From contig JBOGOY010000001.1 in assembly GCA_050748185.1 (NCBI GenBank), forward strand, positions 1-24,201: a stretch of DNA of 24,201 nt, given 5' to 3'. The position numbers were made by a program, and so were the translations under genes. Shown here one piece after another: positions 17,670 to 24,201 of the stretch (positions are counted from its first letter, which is position 1; every line of letters begins with the position of its first letter). The stretch comes from Pyrinomonadaceae bacterium. GTDB taxonomy: Bacteria; Acidobacteriota; Blastocatellia; Pyrinomonadales; Pyrinomonadaceae. The notes beneath the pieces are model-generated. The model made no database searches. It saw only the letters and a program-made list of their open reading frames with translations, and was not told the DNA's origin.

Positions 17670-20234
17670 TCACTCTATGACCACGGCGGCGTCGCCATCC
17701 ATGGCCGGAGTATCGTCGCCATCGAGCATCGAGGAGAGTCCGACGATCGTGTCGCTGACGAGCACACCATCACTGACTAACACGCCGTCACTGACGAGAA
17801 CTCCGTCACTGACCAGCACGCCGTCACTGACGAGCACACCGTCACTAACGAGCACACCGTCACTAACGAGCACACCGTCACTAACGAGCACACCGTCGCT
17901 GACCAGCACACCGTCGCTGACCAGCACACCGTCGCTGACCAACACGCCCAGCCCGTAGACCCCCTGATAATTGGCGAAGAGGCTCGTGCCGGTGGCGAAG
18001 GCGTTGCCCATCAGGATGCCCTGCGTCCACGTGAACGTGTGATAGGCAATCGTCGTCCGCGTGGTCGGGAAGGTGGTCGTCTTCAGCATCCGCGTGCCGA
18101 GCGGCGTGGTCGCCCACGTAAGGTCGGTTCGGACCTGCTTGGCGAGGCGCACCGCGCCCTCGATGTTGAGTTGGCCGGCACCCTGCTCGAAGTGGTTGAA
18201 GTCCGCGAGCGGCTGCGCCGTGTACATCAAAATCGCCTTGACCATGTTCGGCGTCAGTTTCGGATTGGCCTGCATCAGCAGCGCCACCGCGCCCGCCGTG
18301 ATCGGCGCCGCCATCGACGTGCCGCTCAAGCGCATCATGCGCTTTCTGTAATCCGAACTATAGACCGCCCGCAGCGATGGGTCGGTGCTGACAAGGAAAT
18401 TGGGGACGATCACGTCACGCCCGTCAATCCTTTCCAGCGTGGCGGCCTCGGCGGCGATCAATTTGTTGCCGGGCGCGACGAGGTCGGGCTTCATCAAGTT
18501 GTCGTAGTGCTGGACGCCCGCCTCGTCCGTGTAAAAGCTGCGCGTCGGGCCGCGCGAACTGAAGGTCGTGATGCGGTCATCATGGCGCGCGTCGGTGCCG
18601 AAAGTATTGGTTGCGCCGATGGTAAGGGCCGACGGCTCGTTGCCCGGCGAGTGAATCGCGCCGTAGATTTTCTGGCCGTCGCTCGTCTTGCCGGTGTTGC
18701 CGGCGGCTGCGACGACGACGATCCCCGCGTCCACCAGCCGCCGCACCGCGCGGCACGCCGGATCGTTCTGGTACGAGTCGACCGCCACCGAACCGAGGCT
18801 CAGGTTGACGACCTTAATCTTGTATCTCTGGTGGTTCTTTTCGCCGAGTGGGTAGCTCGCGCTGACGGGCGCGAGAATCCAGTCGAGCGCCTTCAGCAAA
18901 TTCGACACCGAGCCGATGCCCCGCGAGTCGAGCACGCGCAGCGAGACGATCTCGGCTTTGGGCGCGATGCCGATGAACTTGCCGCTGAAGTTGTCTTTGT
19001 TGGCGATCAAGCCGGTGACGTGCGTGCCGTGGCCGAACTTGTCGAGCGTCCCGTATCCGTCGCCGGTGAAATCCTTCTGATAGACGATCTTGTCCATCGA
19101 GTCGTGCTCGCGGAACAGACCGGAGTCGATGACGGCGATGCCGATGCCCTCGCCCTCAAGGTAATCGTTGCCGGACTGCTCGCGCATCGCATCGGCCCCG
19201 GTCGTGTTCTCGACGTGGCCGAAAGTGCGGACTTCACGGTCGCGCGAGACATAGTTAGTGGCAGGGCTGGCGGCGATCTCTTCGAGCGCCGCGACCGGCA
19301 TCTCGACCTCCATCGACCCCAGTTGGTTCAGCCGTTGCCGGACCCGCACGCCGTGGCGACTGAAGAGCGCCGATAACTCTTGGCTCCGCGTGTCGGTGAC
19401 TTGCAGGATGACTTTCACGCGCTCGTTTGGCGAGGCGGCGCTTTGCGTTAACTCGCGCAGGTCCGCGGATAGCTTCTCGCCGACGAATCCGGCTTCATCT
19501 CGTTCGGCCGTGTCGCCGCCGCCGACTTGTTGCAGCAGGCGGGCGAGCGTCGCGTCCGGCTTGAGGTGCGCGCCGAAGGCTTGCGGCGTGGTCGCGCCGA
19601 TGATTTGTAGCTCGTCGCGCGTCAGGGCCGTCCGCAACATGGCGGCGGCCGTCTGGCCGTGCGCCGCGTTGGCCCCGATCAGCCCGTCGAGATTCTCGAT
19701 GAACAGGATGATCTCGCCTTTCGCGCCGGCCACGTCTTTAAGCACGGCGTCCAGCCGCCGCTCGAAGTCGAGGCCGTCGTGCGCCTCGGAGAGCAGCGAC
19801 GCCAGTTCGAGACTGTACAGCCGCTTGCCGCGCAGGTCTCCCGGCACGTCGCCAACCGCGATGCGCCGCGCGAGGCCGGACACGATTGCGTAGTCCTCCG
19901 TCCCACGTTCGCTGACTAAGACGGGGTTGTTTCGTGAGTGGCGCGACAGCACTTGAATCGTCCGGCGCAGCTTCCCATCGCTTTGGCCGGCGGTTAAATC
20001 GAGGCTGCCGCGGCGCGCCAACTCCGTCAGGTCTTTCGCGTATTTCGAGAGAGACGGAAAGCGACGGGCCTCCGTGGGCTGGCGTCGCAACGCGGCCGCG
20101 CGCTGTGAAGTCTGATTGGATTGAGCGCCGGCGTAACCGGGGAAGACGGCGCCTGTGATCAGAGAAGCAGTAAGTGAGAGGGCGGCTAGCCCTTTGACGG
20201 TCGGGGAACGCCTGGAACCTAGCATATTTACCAT
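17670..20234 (-). CDS. S8 subtilase: signal peptide - degenerate ClpB NBD1-like domain - propeptide - catalytic domain - (GVLVSD)x11 tail
   Basis: Catalytic triad intact: IAVIDSG (D370), GHGTHV (H402) and SGTSMAAP (S640), with oxyanion AAGN (N513). Residues ~61-237 align by eye with ClpB NBD1. The true start may be ATG 20225, which has better RBS spacing. Confidence 0.93.
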   Translation of the reverse strand: MVNMLGSRRSPTVKGLAALSLTASLITGAVFPGYAGAQSNQTSQRAAALRRQPTEARRFPSLSKYAKDLTELARRGSLDLTAGQSDGKLRRTIQVLSRHSRNNPVLVSERGTEDYAIVSGLARRIAVGDVPGDLRGKRLYSLELASLLSEAHDGLDFERRLDAVLKDVAGAKGEIILFIENLDGLIGANAAHGQTAAAMLRTALTRDELQIIGATTPQAFGAHLKPDATLARLLQQVGGGDTAERDEAGFVGEKLSADLRELTQSAASPNERVKVILQVTDTRSQELSALFSRHGVRVRQRLNQLGSMEVEMPVAALEEIAASPATNYVSRDREVRTFGHVENTTGADAMREQSGNDYLEGEGIGIAVIDSGLFREHDSMDKIVYQKDFTGDGYGTLDKFGHGTHVTGLIANKDNFSGKFIGIAPKAEIVSLRVLDSRGIGSVSNLLKALDWILAPVSASYPLGEKNHQRYKIKVVNLSLGSVAVDSYQNDPACRAVRRLVDAGIVVVAAAGNTGKTSDGQKIYGAIHSPGNEPSALTIGATNTFGTDARHDDRITTFSSRGPTRSFYTDEAGVQHYDNLMKPDLVAPGNKLIAAEAATLERIDGRDVIVPNFLVSTDPSLRAVYSSDYRKRMMRLSGTSMAAPITAGAVALLMQANPKLTPNMVKAILMYTAQPLADFNHFEQGAGQLNIEGAVRLAKQVRTDLTWATTPLGTRMLKTTTFPTTRTTIAYHTFTWTQGILMGNAFATGTSLFANYQGVYGLGVLVSDGVLVSDGVLVSDGVLVSDGVLVSDGVLVSDGVLVSDGVLVSDGVLVSDGVLVSDGVLVSDTIVGLSSMLDGDDTPAMDGDAAVVIE
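17751..17948 (-). repeat. Eleven tandem 18-bp coding repeats, each encoding GVLVSD
   Basis: 198 bp. The units differ at several positions but every difference is synonymous. Confidence 0.97.
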
Positions 20235-20324
20235 CCTTGTCGATGGCCTTCTGTAGTAATGACACCGAAGGCCGTTGGTTTACAAAGTCGCTGGTTAAGC
20301 GGCGATAAAGCTACCCTCGGAATG

Positions 20325-20339
20325 GCAAGCCTTGTGCCC
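20325..20339 (-). promoter_or_regulatory. Candidate sigma-54 (-24/-12) promoter for the subtilase-GNAT-GGDEF/EAL unit
   Basis: Minus strand GGGCACAAGGCTTGC matches GGCAC-N5-TTGC with exact GG-N10-GC spacing, about 90 bp upstream of the subtilase start and in the correct orientation. Confidence 0.65.
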
Positions 20340-20650
20340 GACATGACTCGCGGCTTGAGAGTGCGGTTTATTGGGAAATAATGAGAGGAGCGGAATTGGT
20401 GAGAGCGACGGCGTTCGGCCCGATCAATCAAAATAAAAGAACGTGACCGCTTAACTTGACCGAACTGACCGACCGGAATGACTGAATCTGGCTGACCGCC
20501 AACCGGCGCGCTATACAAACGCCGGCCGAACGGCGGTAGACTTCGATCAACTATTTAACATCCCGGCGCGTCAAAATGGAGGACGGAAAGTCGTGTCCCG
20601 TGATGATCTTAATTCGTCGCAAAATTAAATCGCGAATTCTTGGCTCAGGT

Positions 20651-22807
20651 ATGACTATGAAGAAAACTAAATTTGCGCGCCCACTCAACGGCGTCCGTGC
20701 CAACTGGAGAATCGTCCCGCTGGCGCTGGTGATCGCACTCCTCGCCGTCAGCCTGCCGGCAACGCCGGTTGGCGCACAGCTGGCGGCGAAGGTCCATCAT
20801 CTGACGGAAGGGCAGCGCATCTTGCACGTGCTGAGCCGGCTCGGTTTCGGCGCGCGGCCCGGCGACGTGGAGCGCGTGCGCCGGATTGGTGTCAAACGCT
20901 ACGTCGAGCAGCAACTCTTCCCCGAAAAGATTGCTGACGCGGCGGCCGAGGCGAAGGCGCGTGAGTTGCCCGCACTCTGGATGACGACCGCCGAGTTGTA
21001 TGCCAAGTACCCGCAGCCCGGAATGCTCCTCCGCCGTTTGCAGCGCAGCGGCGAATTGCCCGCGGACCTCGCGGCCCTGCGGCCGACGAACGGCCAGCCG
21101 CGAAACGCGCCGCCGCCGGCCGCCGCCGGACAGATGCCGGGGCCTGAAGCGAGTGGCGCGGAGATGTTGGGACCAGATGCGGCGGCGAAGAACACAGAGA
21201 AGAACGAAGCCGCCGGCAACAACGACGGCGACCGCCGCCAATACCGCGAAGCTATTCGGCGCTATTACGAAGAAAACAACCTGCTGCCGGCGCAACGCCT
21301 GACGGCCGACCTGCAAGCGTCGCGCATCATGCGCGCGGTCTATAGCGAGCGGCAGTTGCAGGAGGCGTTGGTCGATTTCTGGACCAATCACTTCAACGTC
21401 TTTAACGGTAAAGGCGTGGATCGCTGGCTGCTCGTCTCTTACGATCGCGATACGATTCGCCCGCACACGCTTGGCAAGTTCCGCGACTTGTTGAAGGCGA
21501 CGGCGCAAAGCCCGGCGATGCTTTTCTATCTCGACAACTTTCAGAGCGTCAGCCCGAACGCGCGACCGCAGAGAGCCATGCGACAGGGCGGCTTGTTCGG
21601 CGGCGGCAACAACAACAACAACCCGCGCCGCCTGAACCGACAAGGCATGCGCGGGCGTGGTGTCATGATGTCGCGCGGCGACAGTAACGACGGGCAGGAG
21701 GTTGGTGAGCAGATGCAACGCCCGCCACAGCAGCAGGCTCCGCCGCAACGTCGCCAGCGCGGCATCAACGAGAACTACGCGCGCGAGTTGATGGAACTGC
21801 ACACGCTCGGCGTCGAAGGTGGCTACACGCAAAAGGACGTGCAGGAAGTGGCCCGCTGCTTCACGGGCTGGACCATCTTCGATCCGCGCGGCTACGGCGG
21901 CGCGGCCGGTTTGACCGCCCCCGAACGCGCCGGCACGTTCTACTTCAACCCGCGGCAGCACGACGACGGCGAGAAGACGGTCCTCGGCCACAAGATTCCG
22001 GCCGGCGGCGGCATCAACGACGGCCTGTCGGTGCTCGACATCCTGTCGCGCCATCCCTCGACCGCCAAGTTCATCGCGATGAAACTCGCGCGCCGCTTCG
22101 TGACGGACCAACCGACGCCGGCGCTCGTCGAGCACGTCGCGGCGGCCTACACCAAATCCGACGGCGACATCCGCGAGACGCTGCGCGCCGTCTTCACCTC
22201 CCCTGAGTTCAACGCGCCGGAGAACTATCGCGCGAAGATCAAGACGCCGTTCGAGCTGGCCGCGAGCGCCGTCCGCACGCTCGGCGGCGAGACCAACGGC
22301 GGCCCCGCGCTGCACCAGTGGATCGCGAAAATGGGCGAGCCGCTTTACGGCTACCAACCGCCGACCGGCTACCCCGATGTGGCCGAGCACTGGGTCAACA
22401 CCGGCGCGCTGCTCGAACGTTTGAACTTCGCGCTCGCGCTCGCCAGCAACCGCATCCCCGGCACGCGCGTCGAACTCGCGCCGCACGCCGGCGGCGCGAG
22501 CGGCGACAAGGCGAAATTGATCGAGCAGTTCGCCGCCGTGATTTTGCAGGGCGACATCTCGCCGAAGACGAAAGAGTCTCTGCTGCGGCAGTTGAACGCG
22601 CCGCCGGCGGCTCAGGGCAACGCGGAGGGATCGTCCGCGCCCACCGCAGGAGGGGGACCAGACCGCGAAGTGCTGATGGCGATGGACCGCCGCGAGCGTC
22701 GCGCCGCGCGTCGCGAAATGGCGGCCACGAATCAAACGCCCGTGAACAACGAGGCCGCGCACATCGCCGCGTTGATTCTCGGATCGCCGGAGTTTCAGCG
22801 GCAGTAG
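20651..22807 (+). CDS. DUF1800 family protein (exported)
   Basis: HVLSRLGFGARPGD, LVDFWTNHFNV, SPAMLFYLDN, INENYARELMELHTLG and LILGSPEFQRQ, with a signal-peptide-like N-terminus. Paired with DUF1501. The start is uncertain (20651 or 20657). Confidence 0.9.
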   Translation: MTMKKTKFARPLNGVRANWRIVPLALVIALLAVSLPATPVGAQLAAKVHHLTEGQRILHVLSRLGFGARPGDVERVRRIGVKRYVEQQLFPEKIADAAAEAKARELPALWMTTAELYAKYPQPGMLLRRLQRSGELPADLAALRPTNGQPRNAPPPAAAGQMPGPEASGAEMLGPDAAAKNTEKNEAAGNNDGDRRQYREAIRRYYEENNLLPAQRLTADLQASRIMRAVYSERQLQEALVDFWTNHFNVFNGKGVDRWLLVSYDRDTIRPHTLGKFRDLLKATAQSPAMLFYLDNFQSVSPNARPQRAMRQGGLFGGGNNNNNPRRLNRQGMRGRGVMMSRGDSNDGQEVGEQMQRPPQQQAPPQRRQRGINENYARELMELHTLGVEGGYTQKDVQEVARCFTGWTIFDPRGYGGAAGLTAPERAGTFYFNPRQHDDGEKTVLGHKIPAGGGINDGLSVLDILSRHPSTAKFIAMKLARRFVTDQPTPALVEHVAAAYTKSDGDIRETLRAVFTSPEFNAPENYRAKIKTPFELAASAVRTLGGETNGGPALHQWIAKMGEPLYGYQPPTGYPDVAEHWVNTGALLERLNFALALASNRIPGTRVELAPHAGGASGDKAKLIEQFAAVILQGDISPKTKESLLRQLNAPPAAQGNAEGSSAPTAGGGPDREVLMAMDRRERRAARREMAATNQTPVNNEAAHIAALILGSPEFQRQ

Positions 22808-22813
22808 AAAGAT

Positions 22814-22894
22814 AATGATGAATGATGAATGCGGAATGATGAATGAAGAAAAGATGGCTTTGATTCATCATTCATCATTTCGCATTCATCATTT
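22814..22894. repeat. Inverted heptamer array, AATGATG/AATGCGG family (copy 3)
   Basis: AATGATG AATGATG AATGCGG AATGATG AATGAAG ... ATTCATC ATTCATC ATTTCGC ATTCATC ATTT between DUF1800 and DUF1501. Confidence 0.9.
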
Positions 22895-22910
22895 AACGAG
22901 GTGATTAGTG

Positions 22911-24197
22911 ATGACGATGAATCGCAGGTTTTTCCTGAAGTCGGGCGGCGTGGCGCTGGCGAGCTTCGGGCTGGTCGGGATGACGCCTTCGTTTTTGCAG
23001 CGCGCGGCCGCGGCGCCGTCGCGCGAGCGGCAGGCGGGTGGGGGTCGGCGTAAAACACTGATCACGATCTTTCAGCGTGGCGCAGTGGACGGCCTGAACA
23101 TGGTGGTCCCCTACGGCGAGCGGCGTTACTACGAGTATCGCCCGACGCTCGCCATCCAACCGCCCGGTAGGGGCGGCGCGGCAGGCGAGTCGGTTGTCGA
23201 TCTCGACGACTTCTTCGGCCTGCACCCGGCGCTCGCGCCGCTGAAGCCTATGTGGGACCAGAAGCGTCTGGCTGTCGTCCACGCCGCCGGTTCGCCCGAC
23301 AACACCCGCTCACACTTCGACGCGCAGGATTACATGGAGGCCGGCACGCCCGGCGTCAAGTCCACCCCTGACGGTTGGCTTAACCGCGTCATGCAAGTAG
23401 CGGCCGATCCGAAGGCGTCGCCGTTCCGCGCCGTGGCAATGACGCAGAACATGCCGCGCACCTTGATGGGTCGTGCGCCCGCGCTCGCCATCTCGAACCT
23501 GTCCGACTTTACGATCCGCGCCGGGGGCCAATCACAGGTGGTGCAGGGCGGCTTCGAGGACATCTACGAGCAGGCGGCGGGCGACGCCCTGCGCGGCACG
23601 GGCAAGGACACCTTCGAGGCGGTCAGCTATCTGAAGCGCGTCAATCCCGCGCAGTACCGGCCCGAGAACGGGGCGCGTTACCCGCAGGGGCGCTTCGGCC
23701 AGTCGTTGCTGCAAATCGCGCAACTCGTCAAGGCCAATGTCGGGCTCGAAATCGCGTTCGCTGACACCGGCGGCTGGGATACGCACACCAATCAGGGCAA
23801 CGCGCGCGGCCAACTGTCGGCGCGGTTGGCGGAGTTCGGGCAAGGGATCGCCGCGCTCTACACGGACCTCGGCGCGCGGATGGATGATGTAATTGTCCTC
23901 ACGATGTCGGAGTTCGGGCGCACGGCGCGCGAGAACGGCACGCGCGGCACCGACCACGGTCACGCCAACGCGATGTTCGTCGTCGGCGGCGAGACGCGCG
24001 GCGGCAAGGTCTACGGCGACTGGCCCGGCCTCGACCCGGAAGACCTCCACGAAGGGCGCGACCTCGCGTTGACCACCGACTTCCGCGACGTGTTCGGCGA
24101 AGTGGCTGCCAAACACCTCGGGAGCGCCGACCTCAAAAAAATCTTCCCGCACTACGCGGCGGCCGGCGCGCCGAAGTTTCGCGGCGTGCTCGGGTGA
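22911..24197 (+). CDS. DUF1501 family protein with a twin-arginine signal
   Basis: NRRFFLK Tat motif, FQRGAVDGLN, RSHFDAQ, GGWDTH, SEFGRT, GTDHG and TTDFRDV. GAGGTG RBS at 22898-22903. Confidence 0.92.
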   Translation: MTMNRRFFLKSGGVALASFGLVGMTPSFLQRAAAAPSRERQAGGGRRKTLITIFQRGAVDGLNMVVPYGERRYYEYRPTLAIQPPGRGGAAGESVVDLDDFFGLHPALAPLKPMWDQKRLAVVHAAGSPDNTRSHFDAQDYMEAGTPGVKSTPDGWLNRVMQVAADPKASPFRAVAMTQNMPRTLMGRAPALAISNLSDFTIRAGGQSQVVQGGFEDIYEQAAGDALRGTGKDTFEAVSYLKRVNPAQYRPENGARYPQGRFGQSLLQIAQLVKANVGLEIAFADTGGWDTHTNQGNARGQLSARLAEFGQGIAALYTDLGARMDDVIVLTMSEFGRTARENGTRGTDHGHANAMFVVGGETRGGKVYGDWPGLDPEDLHEGRDLALTTDFRDVFGEVAAKHLGSADLKKIFPHYAAAGAPKFRGVLG

Positions 24198-24201
24198 ATT
24201 T

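Noticed and set aside
17751..17948. 18-bp repeats as a CRISPR array
   Set aside because: There are no spacers and no cas genes, and the repeats are in-frame coding with synonymous variation.
20192..20234. Tat signal in the subtilase (SRRSPT)
   Set aside because: It lacks the conserved F-L-K positions of S/T-R-R-x-F-L-K, so a Sec signal is more likely, though Tat is not excluded.
20645..22762. Long antisense ORFs (705 aa here; also 4026-5534, 18039-19376 and the out-of-frame 14910-16535)
   Set aside because: They shadow well-supported genes, as expected from high-GC codon bias, and carry no motifs.

Overview
High-GC bacterial chromosomal window; the gene set suggests Acidobacteriota, probably Blastocatellia (inference). 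From left to right it holds: (1) a likely Tn7-like transposon end at 148-214, lying 18 bp past the pilC stop; (2) a minus-strand type IV pilus operon, pilB - exported hypothetical - pilT - pilC; (3) an exported TPR protein and queE-queC; (4) an ECF sigma factor with a zinc-finger anti-sigma, an M28 peptidase and a membrane protein with an NTF2-like domain; (5) a minus-strand three-gene unit behind a candidate sigma-54 promoter; (6) a DUF1800/DUF1501 pair. Unit 5 is the best candidate for an undescribed system. It encodes a subtilase with a signal peptide, a catalytically dead ClpB-like domain and 11 identical GVLVSD repeats, followed by a GNAT acyltransferase and a multi-TM GGDEF-EAL protein. 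This suggests a self-processed peptide signal feeding c-di-GMP (hypothesis). Five intergenic spacers contain inverted arrays of 7-bp repeats. All family assignments come from motifs read by eye; no database search was run.
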